A stretch of 64,000 bases of DNA from Candidatus Nomurabacteria bacterium RIFCSPLOWO2_01_FULL_41_18 (GTDB taxonomy: Bacteria > Patescibacteriota > Minisyncoccia > Phycocordibacterales > UBA9973): NCBI GenBank assembly GCA_001785865.1, contig MFUZ01000003.1, positions 15,048 to 79,047 on the forward strand, read 5' to 3'. Made by a program: the position numbers and the translations under genes. This document shows, in pieces, positions 16,229 through 25,520 of this stretch. Position 1 is the first letter of the stretch, and the number at the start of each line of letters is the position of its first letter. The notes beneath the pieces are model-generated. The model made no database searches. It was not told where the DNA came from and saw nothing but the letters and a program-made list of their open reading frames with translations.

Positions 16229-16879
16229 ATGTCAAAAACAATTTCTGAAATTTATACGGAATATAAAATAATGCCGAACTTGCAGGAGCACATGCTTCGT
16301 GTGGCAGGAGTTGCGTCTTTGATATGTGACAATTTTGATGAGCCACTAAATAAAGAAGAGATAATAACTGCATGTTTACTTCACGATATGGGAAATATTA
16401 TTAAATTTAAATTAGAAATCTGGCCACAATTTTTAGAACCGGAAGGACTGAAATACTGGCAAAATGTACAAAGCGAATTTAAAAATAAATATGGAAATAA
16501 TGAGTATTTAGCCCACGGAAAAATAGCGAATGAAATCGGCATAAATAATAGAGTTTTAGAAATAATTAATGCTATTAGTTTTTTGGGTGGGACTGGAAAT
16601 GCTTCAAGTGAAGATTTTGGCAAAAAAATTGCCCATTATTGTGATGACAGAGTAAGTCCTTTTAGTGTAGTAAGTTTAAAACAGCGTTTTACGGATTTAA
16701 GAAAACGTTATGCTCACCATGGCAACGATACACCGGAACGTGATGCATATGAAGTAGCATTAAGGCAAATCGAAGAGCAAATTTTCTCAAAATGCAAAAT
16801 AAAACCAGAAGATATAAATAATGACACAGTTGCGCCCATAATTTCAGAACTAAGAAATTTTGTGATCCGTTCGAACTAA
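16229..16879 (+). CDS. HD-domain phosphohydrolase
   Basis: H...HD motif pair (EHMLRVAGVA ... LLHDMGNI). Start overlaps the ileS stop. Confidence 0.55.
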   Translation: MSKTISEIYTEYKIMPNLQEHMLRVAGVASLICDNFDEPLNKEEIITACLLHDMGNIIKFKLEIWPQFLEPEGLKYWQNVQSEFKNKYGNNEYLAHGKIANEIGINNRVLEIINAISFLGGTGNASSEDFGKKIAHYCDDRVSPFSVVSLKQRFTDLRKRYAHHGNDTPERDAYEVALRQIEEQIFSKCKIKPEDINNDTVAPIISELRNFVIRSN

Positions 16880-16924
16880 CTCAGGATCATGGTGATAGAA
16901 ATAGAACCATGATAAAATAGGATT

Positions 16925-17446
16925 GTGGACAACAAATTTATCTACGTAAATGATAAATATCAGATCGATGCTCTAAATAAAGATTGGATTGGTTTACCAG
17001 TTTTTTTTGAAAATTTACCTGAAGAAATAAAAATAAAAGGAGATACTTTCTATTTTCCAACTCCATTTCATATTAGTCTTGTATATATCGGGAAAATAAT
17101 TGAAAAATACAATATTTCAATCCCAGATTTCAGAGACAAAATCATAGATGATTTTTCTAATTTTACGAAAACTGATAATATTGAAGTTATTAAATATAAT
17201 AATAAATATAAACTTGTTTCTAGAGATGGCATAAATAAAACTATTGTAGTAATGTGTGAAGTTTCAAACTTGAACAATTTTTTTGATTTTATAAATAAAA
17301 AATATGAGCTAAATATAAAATACCCAGCTACTCATGTTACTCTCTATAACACATCAAAGGGTAAATCTGGTATTTGGCTAATGGACGAAGATGATATTAA
17401 AAACATTACTGTAACTATACCAAATCCGATAGGTCGCCCTCTGTAA
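16925..17446 (+). CDS. 2H phosphoesterase superfamily protein (LigT/ThpR-like 2',3'-cyclic or 2'-5' phosphodiesterase)
   Basis: Two H-x-[ST]-x motifs (FHISLVY, THVTLYN) about 89 residues apart in a 173-aa protein — the defining 2H architecture. Confidence 0.55.
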   Translation: MDNKFIYVNDKYQIDALNKDWIGLPVFFENLPEEIKIKGDTFYFPTPFHISLVYIGKIIEKYNISIPDFRDKIIDDFSNFTKTDNIEVIKYNNKYKLVSRDGINKTIVVMCEVSNLNNFFDFINKKYELNIKYPATHVTLYNTSKGKSGIWLMDEDDIKNITVTIPNPIGRPL

Positions 17447-17480
17447 TTTTAATATGCTAAATACTTAGTAACATAATAGA

Positions 17481-17491
17481 TACGGCCGTTG
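17481..17491. repeat. ACGGCCGT-core palindrome upstream of the PaaX-like gene
   Basis: TACGGCCGTTG. Related to the perfect 18-bp palindrome TAGCAACGGCCGTTGCTA at 18095-18112, just downstream of the same gene. Confidence 0.5.
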
Positions 17492-17512
17492 TCAATATGC
17501 TATCATATCTTT

Positions 17513-18073
17513 ATGAAAATAATTGATAAAGAATCTAATTCGGGAAAGATAATCCGTGCCTTGGGTATGGGAATAGGAGTGACAGTAGCTTTATCAAATA
17601 AAAGAACAAGTTATAAAGTCACTAAATTATTGATTAAAGAAATTTTTGGCTTAAACAGAAAACCTGCAAATATGGCTGGTTATTTTTCAAAACTTAGGAG
17701 ACAAAAATTGATAGAGATTAAAAAATCTGGTAAATATCATAAAATTTTTCTTACAGAAAATGGTAGGGAAATATTTTTACGATTTAACTATGACGAATTA
17801 AAAATAAAAAATCCCAAAATTTGGGATAGAAATTTTAGAGTGATTGTTTTTGATATTCCAGAAACTAAGAGGGTAGCCAGAGATTCCTTAAGAGAAAAGA
17901 TGAAGGAACTAGGGTTTGTTAAATTTAACGACAGTGTATGGGTTTATCCGTATCCGTGCCAGAAAGAGATTGATTTTATTGCTAATTATTGGGAAATAGG
18001 TAGGTATGTCCATTTTATTTTGGCTCGGGATATCACCAATCGAGATTTATTAGAAAAAGCCTTTAGTTTGTAA
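17513..18073 (+). CDS. PaaX-like regulator domain protein (Cas2-like ferredoxin fold segment)
   Basis: WDRNFRVIVFDIPETKRVARDSLREKMKELGFVKFNDSVWVYP matches the PaaX middle domain (WDGKWLLLL...LIWQGFG...). The track start at 17489 is a TTG inside the palindrome; the ATG at 17513 is used. No CRISPR array nearby. Confidence 0.45.
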   Translation: MKIIDKESNSGKIIRALGMGIGVTVALSNKRTSYKVTKLLIKEIFGLNRKPANMAGYFSKLRRQKLIEIKKSGKYHKIFLTENGREIFLRFNYDELKIKNPKIWDRNFRVIVFDIPETKRVARDSLREKMKELGFVKFNDSVWVYPYPCQKEIDFIANYWEIGRYVHFILARDITNRDLLEKAFSL

Positions 18074-18094
18074 GTTACTTCAAACATAGCGTAA

Positions 18095-18112
18095 TAGCAA
18101 CGGCCGTTGCTA
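18095..18112. repeat. Perfect 18-bp palindrome TAGCAACGGCCGTTGCTA
   Basis: Exact reverse-complement symmetry. The partner site at 17481-17491 flanks the other side of the PaaX-like gene. Confidence 0.6.
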
Positions 18113-18168
18113 TAGTGTTATTATATATTTATTCTTTTTACTTATTTTGTCTGTGATATAATTAAAAT

Positions 18169-18807
18169 ATGAAGATAAAAAAGCTTGGACATTGTTGCTT
18201 TGTTGCCGAACCAAAAGAGGGAATTAGGGTAATGACAGATCCTGGCGCTTTTTCAACAATGCAAAGCGAAGAAAAAAATATTTCTGCTGTACTCATTACT
18301 CATGAACATCAAGATCACCTACATATTGATTCACTAAAAAAAGTCTTAGTAAATAATCCCACTGCAATTGTTATTACAAATACTGCTGTCGGTAAATTGC
18401 TCGACGAAGCTGGAATTAAATATATAAAAATAGAAGAAGGGCAGGAATACGATTTAAGTGGGGTAAGCATAAATGGTTTTGGAAATTTGCATGCGGAAAT
18501 TTATGAGACATATGGCAGAGTGCAGAATACAGGTTATATGGTTGATAAACTTTGTTATCCTGGAGACGCGTTTGCTAATCCAAATACTGAGGTAGATATT
18601 GTGGCGCTTCCCGTTACTGGTCCATGGATGAGAATAAAAGATGCTATCGATTATGCAAAAATGCTTAAGCCAAGAGTTGCCTTTCCGGTTCACGATGCTC
18701 ACATACACGAATGGGCTGGTTTTATTTTAAAAGTTCCCAATTTATTGCTTGGAGAAGTTGGAATAGATTTTAAGAAGATGGATCTAGGTAAAGAAGAAAA
18801 TTTATAA
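18169..18807 (+). CDS. MBL-fold metallo-hydrolase
   Basis: HxHxDH motif (ITHEHQDHL) and downstream His/Asp ligands (PVHDAHIHEW). Confidence 0.75.
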   Translation: MKIKKLGHCCFVAEPKEGIRVMTDPGAFSTMQSEEKNISAVLITHEHQDHLHIDSLKKVLVNNPTAIVITNTAVGKLLDEAGIKYIKIEEGQEYDLSGVSINGFGNLHAEIYETYGRVQNTGYMVDKLCYPGDAFANPNTEVDIVALPVTGPWMRIKDAIDYAKMLKPRVAFPVHDAHIHEWAGFILKVPNLLLGEVGIDFKKMDLGKEENL

Positions 18808-19389
18808 ATGCATCACATTTATCATACAGAGGGGATAATATTGAGCAGTAAGAATTTTGGAGAAGCGGGGAAACACTTTTCTATTTTCACTCGTGATTTG
18901 GGGATGATAACAGCGACGGCGCAAGGAGTTCGAAAGATTTCTTCAAAACTTCGCTTTGTGTTGCAGGATTTTGCATATATAAAAATTGATTTGGTGCAAG
19001 GTAAAAATATTTTTAGAGTAACGACCGCATCGAAAACGAACCAGCTGGAGCAGTTGATTAAAAATAGAGAGACTTTTGCGGTTTTTGCCAATATTTCTCG
19101 CTTATTAAAGCGGTTACTTGCTGGCGTTGAACCCAACGAAGCATTATTTTCGGATTTGATTGGTGGTTTGTTTATTTTAGAAAAAACAGAAAAAAGGGAA
19201 GATTTAAGAAATATAGAAATAGTTATTGTTTTAAGGATTCTGAATAATCTGGGGTATATAGGTGAAAATGAAATATTAGAAAATCTCACCAAATCTCCAT
19301 TTGAAGAAGATTTAATATTCAAAGTTTCAGAATCAAGAATCCACGTATTAAATCAAATAAATAAAGCTCTTAAAGAGACACATCTATAG
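18808..19389 (+). CDS. recO: DNA repair protein RecO
   Basis: N-terminal OB-fold signature (TEGIILSSKNFGEAGKHFSIFTRDLGMITATAQGVRKISSKLR) matches RecO. Start is immediately after the MBL gene stop. Confidence 0.6.
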   Translation: MHHIYHTEGIILSSKNFGEAGKHFSIFTRDLGMITATAQGVRKISSKLRFVLQDFAYIKIDLVQGKNIFRVTTASKTNQLEQLIKNRETFAVFANISRLLKRLLAGVEPNEALFSDLIGGLFILEKTEKREDLRNIEIVIVLRILNNLGYIGENEILENLTKSPFEEDLIFKVSESRIHVLNQINKALKETHL

Positions 19390-19408
19390 ACTATGGTATA
19401 ATCTTAGA

Positions 19409-21358
19409 ATGCCTCAAAATGATAGGGATAAGTTAAATAGAATAGAAGAGTTAAAAAGCAAGCTTTTCAGCAAAAGCTATCAGACAAAAATAGAACACAA
19501 GGATCGTTTTACTCATTTCGAGAAAAAAGACGTGCCAGATGCCTGGGGGAAAAGCCCAAAATTCGACCTTGCGCCATCATATTCAAGCGAAAAATTTTTT
19601 ATGAAAACCTCGGTTTTCAAAAATTTCTTCATATTTTCTTTAGTTTTTTTTGCTTTGACCCTTCTATACGCTTCTTATGTCTTTTTCGGTGGTAGCAATA
19701 CTGTTTCCAATGACAATATCGATATTTCCATAGTCGGCAACAATTTCACGGCCGGAGGAGAAGAATTGTCACTGGTCGTCGGAATCACGAACAAAAACAG
19801 TTCTGCACTCGACTTGGTGGACCTGGTCGTAGAGTATCCGAAGAGCTCTCGTCTAGGTAGTACTGCGCCGCCCTCTGGGACAGAGAGATTTCGAGAATCC
19901 CTGGGCACAATTCCCGCCGGAGTGGTGCGCAATGAAAATATAAAACTTATTCTTTTTGGAGAACAGGGCACAGAGCGGCAGATAAAAATTTCCTTGGAAT
20001 ATCGGGTAGAAGGATCAAACGCCATTTTCGTAAAAGAGAAATTCTACGAGGTGACCATTAGCTCTACACCGCTCAATATCTTAGTCGATGCGCCTAAAGT
20101 GATAAGTCCGAACCAGGATATTACTCTCAATATAAAAACAACACTGAACGCTACCAACCCAGCATCCAAAATACTTCTGAAGATCGATTATCCTCTCGGA
20201 TTCCAATTTAAGTCATCCGTTCCGGTTCCGTCCCTTGGAAACAATATCTGGAATTTGGGGGACCTAGCTCCTGGCGCTGAGCGCAATGTCGTGGTCACTG
20301 GTCAGATGATTGATGTGTTTGATGGAGAAGAGAAAATATTTCATATCTCAAGCGGATCCCAGTCGGGAGGAGACAAGTCTCTTATCGATGTCGTCTTCAA
20401 TTCTCTAGCTTACTCGGTCGGTATCCAAAAGCCTTTCATCGAAGCGAAGCTGTATGTAAATGGCGTATATCAGAGGGAGTACGCTACTACTGCAAAGAAT
20501 CCGGTCCGAGGCGAAATAAAATGGACCAACAATTTAGATACGAAAGTAAATGACCTAGAGATTCGAGCTAAGATTTCCGGGAATTCATTCGATCGGGAGA
20601 CCATAGATAGCGACCAAGGGTTTTATGATTCGGCGATCGATACCATAATCTGGGACAAGAATTCTGAAAGTGAACTTTCCGAAGTGAATCCTGGAGATTC
20701 GGGTTCAGTGAACTTTTCCGTCTCTCCGCGTTTGCTGTTTTCAGCTACTGGCGGGATAATTTCCGATCCGTCGATTAATATCAATATTTCTATTTCTGGA
20801 AAGCAGATGACTACCGGCTATACCACTGTCGATCTAAACAATTCCGATTCCTCGGTCATTAGGATCATTTCGGACGTGGGATTCGCGACCAAAGCGCTCT
20901 ACTATTCGGGTATTTTTACAAATACCGGTCCGGTGCCTCCCCAAGTCGGAAAAGAAACCACTTATACTGTAGTGTGGTCCTTATCCAATACTTCAAACAG
21001 TATTTCGAAAGGCATTGTCCGTTCATCGTTGCCATCCTGGATGAAGTTTACCAACAAGATCTCGCCGGAAAGTGAAGATGTGACTTACAATCCTTCAACT
21101 CGGGAAATCGTCTGGAATATCGGCAGGATTCCGCGAGGCACAGGTATCGCCACCGTCGACAAAAGCGTTTCTTTTCAGGTAGCATTTACCCCATCCCTGT
21201 CTCAGGTTCGCACAACGCCGGTTATCGTCAACGAAGCTGTTTTGACGGGTCATGATGATTTTGCTAATGTGGATGTGCGGGTAAGTAAGTCGTCAATCCG
21301 AACACAGCTCGAGAATGACCCTTCTTTCCCTCCGGGTGGGGGCACAGTAGTGGAATAA
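19409..21358 (+). CDS. hypothetical membrane-anchored extracellular protein (649 aa)
   Basis: Short cytoplasmic N-terminus, one TM helix (FFIFSLVFFALTLLYASYVFF), then a large Ser/Thr/Asn-rich beta-type ectodomain. No family recognised. Confidence 0.5.
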   Translation: MPQNDRDKLNRIEELKSKLFSKSYQTKIEHKDRFTHFEKKDVPDAWGKSPKFDLAPSYSSEKFFMKTSVFKNFFIFSLVFFALTLLYASYVFFGGSNTVSNDNIDISIVGNNFTAGGEELSLVVGITNKNSSALDLVDLVVEYPKSSRLGSTAPPSGTERFRESLGTIPAGVVRNENIKLILFGEQGTERQIKISLEYRVEGSNAIFVKEKFYEVTISSTPLNILVDAPKVISPNQDITLNIKTTLNATNPASKILLKIDYPLGFQFKSSVPVPSLGNNIWNLGDLAPGAERNVVVTGQMIDVFDGEEKIFHISSGSQSGGDKSLIDVVFNSLAYSVGIQKPFIEAKLYVNGVYQREYATTAKNPVRGEIKWTNNLDTKVNDLEIRAKISGNSFDRETIDSDQGFYDSAIDTIIWDKNSESELSEVNPGDSGSVNFSVSPRLLFSATGGIISDPSININISISGKQMTTGYTTVDLNNSDSSVIRIISDVGFATKALYYSGIFTNTGPVPPQVGKETTYTVVWSLSNTSNSISKGIVRSSLPSWMKFTNKISPESEDVTYNPSTREIVWNIGRIPRGTGIATVDKSVSFQVAFTPSLSQVRTTPVIVNEAVLTGHDDFANVDVRVSKSSIRTQLENDPSFPPGGGTVVE

Positions 21359-21394
21359 TCATAAAGTTCATAAAGTAAAAAGTTATAAAGTAAA

Positions 21395-22609
21395 ATGAAA
21401 AAAGAAAGTAAGGAAAACGACTTGATGGAAAAGATAGTCTCGCTCGCTAAAAGGCGTGGGTTTGTTTTTCAGGGCTCGGAGATATATGGGGGATTGGCGG
21501 GGACTTACGACTGGGGGCATTTTGGTGTTGCTTTAAAAAATAATATTAAGCAGAATTGGTGGAAAAAATTTGTTGATTCTCGCCGAGACATGTATGGCAT
21601 AGATGCGGCGATATTGATGCGTCAAGAAGTTTGGCAAGCGACAGGCCACGTGGCAAATTTCGCAGACCCTCTTGATGGTAAACAATTTAATACAATGCTC
21701 AAGACTCAAGTCGGTGCAGGGGAGGAGGCTACGGTTTCCTATCTGCGACCAGAAACAGCACAGGGTATGTTTGTAAATTTTAAAAATACAGTAGATGCAT
21801 TTCACCCAAAACTGCCTTTCGGTATGGCTCAGATCGGTAAAGCTTTCAGAAACGAAATTGCCCCTCGGGATTTCTTGTTTCGACAGCGCGAATTTGAGCA
21901 AATGGAAATAGAATATTTTATTCGTTCAGTTGATTGGGAAAAATATTTTGAATATTGGAGAAGTGAGATGTTAGACTGGATGCAAGAACTAGGCCTTGAT
22001 ATGGGTCGTGTGCATGAGCTGGAAGTTTTAGATGCTGACAGAGCGCATTACTCTAAAAGAACAATTGATTTTGAGTTTGATTTTCCTTTCGGAAGAAAAG
22101 AACTTTTTGGCTTGGCATATCGTACTGATTTTGATTTGAAAACTCATAAATTGGAATATGTAGATGAAGAAAATTCAGAAAAAATTGTTCCACATGTAAT
22201 CGAACCATCAATGGGAGTCGATAGGGCAGTATTGTCTCTCCTTATCTCTACATATACGGAAGACGAAAAGGATGGGGAGGTGCGTTCATACTTGAAATTT
22301 AAGCCCAATATTGCTCCAGTCATTTGCGCTGTTTCGCCTTTGCTTAAGAATAAACCAGAGCTTGTAGAATACGCTAATGCAAAAGTCTATGCTCCACTCA
22401 AAGAAGAATTCGGCAGGGTGGCATGGGACGACAACGGCAATATCGGCAAACGTTATCGCCGTCAAGACGAAATCGGCACACCTTTTTGCATTGTTGTTGA
22501 TTTTGATACTTTGACAGATGATTCTGTGACTGTGCGAGACAGAGATACAGGCGAACAGGAAAGAATAAAAGTAGAAGATTTAAAAAAATATATAAAGGGG
22601 AAGATTTAG
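21395..22609 (+). CDS. glyQS: glycine--tRNA ligase (alpha2 GlyQS type)
   Basis: YGGLAGTYDWGHFGVALKNNIKQNWW (motif 1 region), class II motifs and a C-terminal anticodon-binding domain. Confidence 0.8.
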   Translation: MKKESKENDLMEKIVSLAKRRGFVFQGSEIYGGLAGTYDWGHFGVALKNNIKQNWWKKFVDSRRDMYGIDAAILMRQEVWQATGHVANFADPLDGKQFNTMLKTQVGAGEEATVSYLRPETAQGMFVNFKNTVDAFHPKLPFGMAQIGKAFRNEIAPRDFLFRQREFEQMEIEYFIRSVDWEKYFEYWRSEMLDWMQELGLDMGRVHELEVLDADRAHYSKRTIDFEFDFPFGRKELFGLAYRTDFDLKTHKLEYVDEENSEKIVPHVIEPSMGVDRAVLSLLISTYTEDEKDGEVRSYLKFKPNIAPVICAVSPLLKNKPELVEYANAKVYAPLKEEFGRVAWDDNGNIGKRYRRQDEIGTPFCIVVDFDTLTDDSVTVRDRDTGEQERIKVEDLKKYIKGKI

Positions 22610-22622
22610 CACCCCCTCCCAG

Positions 22623-22720
22623 CCTCCCCCTTGGCGAAGAGGGAGGGGAAGATAAATTAATCACCACCCCTGACCCCTCCTCCACAAGGTGGGGTGCCTT
22701 TAGGAGGGGTGGTGATTTTT
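22623..22720 (+). terminator. GC-rich compound hairpins plus T-tract after glyQS
   Basis: CCTCCCCC..GGGAGGGG, and ATCACCACCCCT...AGGGGTGGTGAT (12-bp arms) followed by TTTTT. Confidence 0.65.
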
Positions 22721-22734
22721 ATATAAAAAAAGTT

Positions 22735-22769
22735 CAGCCACGACCCCCGGTTTCCCAGAGACGTGGCTG
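22735..22769 (-). terminator. hairpin CAGCCACG..CGTGGCTG with a T-run on the minus strand; terminator for the small minus-strand gene
   Basis: 8-bp stem. The minus-strand reading has AACTTTTTTTA immediately 3'. Confidence 0.5.
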
Positions 22770-22777
22770 TGATTGTT

Positions 22778-23023
22778 TCATTGCTCGGTTCTTTGTTTCG
22801 GGAGGGGGCGCCCAAGAACATAACCCGTGACGAGTCCGGAAATCCACAGGAGTGTAATTCCCAGAATCAGGTAGTGAACTTGGATGTTGTCATCTTTTTG
22901 TACGCTTGCTATAAGCGTCATACCAAGAGCCAGGGGAATAAAAATCCCCAATGCCCATCTTGTTCGGTAGTCCATTTTAGTGAAGTGTGCAAATTGAGGT
23001 ATCCATCCTCGTTCAGGTCGCAC
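22778..23023 (-). CDS. small two-TM membrane protein (81 aa), hypothetical
   Basis: Two hydrophobic helices (ALGIFIPLALGMTLIASV; LILGITLLWISGLVTGYVL), followed by a terminator. Preferred over the overlapping plus-strand ORF 22763-23053. Confidence 0.4.
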   Translation of the reverse strand: MRPERGWIPQFAHFTKMDYRTRWALGIFIPLALGMTLIASVQKDDNIQVHYLILGITLLWISGLVTGYVLGRPLPKQRTEQ

Positions 23024-23129
23024 GCCTGTTTTGTTGTTGAAAGGACGAAATAGTTACATAAAAGTTGTACAATATTTTATGCACAATTGCAAGCGTTTTT
23101 AAAATTACTATAATGCTATACTTTTTTGT

Positions 23130-24398
23130 ATGAAATTCTCAAAAAAAGTTTTAAGAAATGGCCTGCGAGTTATAACTGTGCCGATGAAGGACAATCCCAC
23201 CATAACCGCCTTGATTTTGGTAGAAACAGGCTCAAAATATGAAAAAAAGGAGATAAATGGCATTTCGCACTTTTTGGAGCATATGTGCTTTAAGGGCACA
23301 ATAAAGAGGTCAAAAGCTGTTGATATTTCCAAAGAATTAGATGCACTAGGGAGTCAATACAACGCTTTTACTGCTCAAGAATACACAGGATATTACGCCA
23401 AGTCCGACGCTCGGCATTTCAAGCAAATTTTTGACATTGTTTCAGATATTTATCTTAATTCTACTTTTCCAGAACAAGAAATGGAAAGGGAAAAGGGAGT
23501 AATAATAGAAGAAATAAATATGTATGAAGATATGCCACAAAGACATGTGCAAGACCTGATGATGAAATTGCTTTATGGAGATCAGCCAGCTGGATGGAAC
23601 ATAGCCGGTGAAAAGAAAAATATTTTAAAAATGAAACGTGATGATTTTGTTAAATATAAAAAATCTCACTATTTACCAGAAGCGACAGTGCTCGTGGTAG
23701 CAGGACAGGTTACAGAAAAGCAGGTTTTAGAAGAGGTAAATAAAATTTTTAGCAAAGTTTCCTCTGGCCGGAAGGGAAATAAATTAAAAATAAAAGAAAA
23801 ACAAAAAAAACCGCAAGTATTATTGAATTTTAAAAAAACAGACCAGACTCATTTTGTTTTGAGTGTGCGTACGTATGATCTATTTGATAAGAAAAATACG
23901 GTTCTTTCTGTCCTTGGTGGAATTCTTGGAGGAGGAATGAGTTCGCGCCTTTTCGTAAAGCTTCGTGAAGAAATGGGTGTAGGATATTATGTTCGCGCAT
24001 ATAACGATTCATATACAGACCATGGATTTTTCCAAATCTCGGCTGGAGTTGATAATAAAAGAATTGATGAGGTGCTGGAGGCCATTCTTCTAGAATGTAA
24101 AAAATTAAAAGACCAGAAAGTTTTCAAAGAAGAATTGGATAAAGTAAAAGAATATTTGATAGGTAATATGAAGCTTTCTCTCGAGTCAAGCGATGACATT
24201 GCCCACTTTTATGGTGGCCAAGAGCTTTTGAAAAGAGAGATCTTGAATGCTCATGAAAAGGCGGAAAAAATACGCAAAGTTACTGCAAATCAAGTTCATA
24301 ACTTGGCCAAGGAAATTTTCAAGAACGAAAAGCTCAATCTGGCCATCATCGGCCCGTTTAAGAAAAAATCAAATTTTCTTACGATACTCCGGTTCTAA
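23130..24398 (+). CDS. M16-family zinc peptidase (insulinase/pitrilysin-like)
   Basis: Inverted zinc motif HFLEHM (HxxEH), with a downstream E in EEINMYED, in a 422-aa two-half fold. Confidence 0.8.
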   Translation: MKFSKKVLRNGLRVITVPMKDNPTITALILVETGSKYEKKEINGISHFLEHMCFKGTIKRSKAVDISKELDALGSQYNAFTAQEYTGYYAKSDARHFKQIFDIVSDIYLNSTFPEQEMEREKGVIIEEINMYEDMPQRHVQDLMMKLLYGDQPAGWNIAGEKKNILKMKRDDFVKYKKSHYLPEATVLVVAGQVTEKQVLEEVNKIFSKVSSGRKGNKLKIKEKQKKPQVLLNFKKTDQTHFVLSVRTYDLFDKKNTVLSVLGGILGGGMSSRLFVKLREEMGVGYYVRAYNDSYTDHGFFQISAGVDNKRIDEVLEAILLECKKLKDQKVFKEELDKVKEYLIGNMKLSLESSDDIAHFYGGQELLKREILNAHEKAEKIRKVTANQVHNLAKEIFKNEKLNLAIIGPFKKKSNFLTILRF

Positions 24399-24435
24399 TC
24401 TTTTACTGCAAGCCTGTTTGTGGTATCATATTTCT

Positions 24436-25518
24436 ATGTTGGAAAAAAACAGCCTAACTTCTATTTCTATCACTACTGGCACCATGGTACGCGCGATCCT
24501 GGTTCTGCTTGTTGTTTTTCTCATTTGGTTCCTGCGTGATCTGGTTCTGGTGGTTTTGACCTCGATCGTGATCGCTTCTTTTGTTGAATCAGCGGTTCCA
24601 TATTTTAATAAGTTGCATATGCATCGGGTGGTCGGTATAGTAGTGCTGTATATTTTTTCGCTTACCATTCTGGCGGGTGTATTTTATCTTTTTGCACCCC
24701 TTCTCATAACTGAAATATATAATTTTTCTAATTTCATTTCGGCTTACATCCCAGGTGTTTCTTTCTTTGACTTCTTCAAGAACGAAGAATTTTCTGGCGC
24801 GAAAGATATAATTTCCTCTCTTGGAAACAACTTTTCGATTTCTTCCTTATTTTCAGTTTCAAAAGCTTTTGTTCTGAATCTCTCTGGGGGCTTTTTTCAG
24901 ACAGTTTCTGTCGCTTTCGGGAGCTTTTTCAATTTCATACTAATCGTCATAATTTCTTTCTATCTCACTATCCAAGAAAAAGGAATAGAAAATTTTCTTC
25001 GGCTCATATTCCCAATCGACCAAGAGGATTACGTGGTAGATCTCTGGGAGCGCTCTAGGCGCAAGATCGCGCTCTGGATGAAGGGGCAAGTGGTCTTGGG
25101 AGTTGTGGTGGGAGTGCTTATTTATCTAGTCTTGTCGCTTCTCGGCATAGAATACGCTCTTCTTTTTGCTATTATCGGAGGCATAATGGAAATGGTACCT
25201 TATGGGATTTTAGTCTCGATGATTCCAGTTTTTTCCTTTTCTTATTTAACCAGCGGGCTCTCAAGCGCACTAGTGGTCGCAGGTGCCTATTTCATAATCC
25301 ATCAATTCGAAGTGTTCCTTTTTGCTCCGCTGATTATCAAAAAAATTGTTGGGCTTTCGCCAATCGTTATCATCTTGTCCGCTTTAATCGGTTTCGAATT
25401 GAGTGGATTTTGGGGGTTGGTGCTCGCTATTCCGGCCGCGGTTATCGTAATGGAATTTTTAAGCGATCTCGAGAAAAGAAAAATTTTAGCTCGTACGCAA
25501 GAAAATAAAGGCAAATAA
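24436..25518 (+). CDS. AI-2E family transporter (PerM/YdiK-like)
   Basis: ~8 TM helices, with the conserved MEMVPYGILVSMIPV region. The upstream part of the track ORF (from 24247) overlaps the peptidase gene and is rejected. Confidence 0.65.
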   Translation: MLEKNSLTSISITTGTMVRAILVLLVVFLIWFLRDLVLVVLTSIVIASFVESAVPYFNKLHMHRVVGIVVLYIFSLTILAGVFYLFAPLLITEIYNFSNFISAYIPGVSFFDFFKNEEFSGAKDIISSLGNNFSISSLFSVSKAFVLNLSGGFFQTVSVAFGSFFNFILIVIISFYLTIQEKGIENFLRLIFPIDQEDYVVDLWERSRRKIALWMKGQVVLGVVVGVLIYLVLSLLGIEYALLFAIIGGIMEMVPYGILVSMIPVFSFSYLTSGLSSALVVAGAYFIIHQFEVFLFAPLIIKKIVGLSPIVIILSALIGFELSGFWGLVLAIPAAVIVMEFLSDLEKRKILARTQENKGK

Positions 25519-25520
25519 TA

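Noticed and set aside
17513-18073. Calling the PaaX-like protein a CRISPR Cas2 (Cas2-like VIVFDIPE…SVW motif)
   Set aside because: No CRISPR repeats or other cas genes in the window. The motif fits the PaaX-family middle domain equally well.
22763-23053. 96-aa plus-strand ORF overlapping 22778-23023
   Set aside because: The minus-strand frame encodes two clean TM helices and has its own terminator. The plus frame has no features and starts inside the glyQS terminator hairpin.
24247-24435. Upstream extension of the AI-2E transporter ORF that overlaps the M16 peptidase gene by 150 nt
   Set aside because: Basic, low-complexity translation overlapping a confident gene. An internal ATG at 24436 gives a normal transporter N-terminus.
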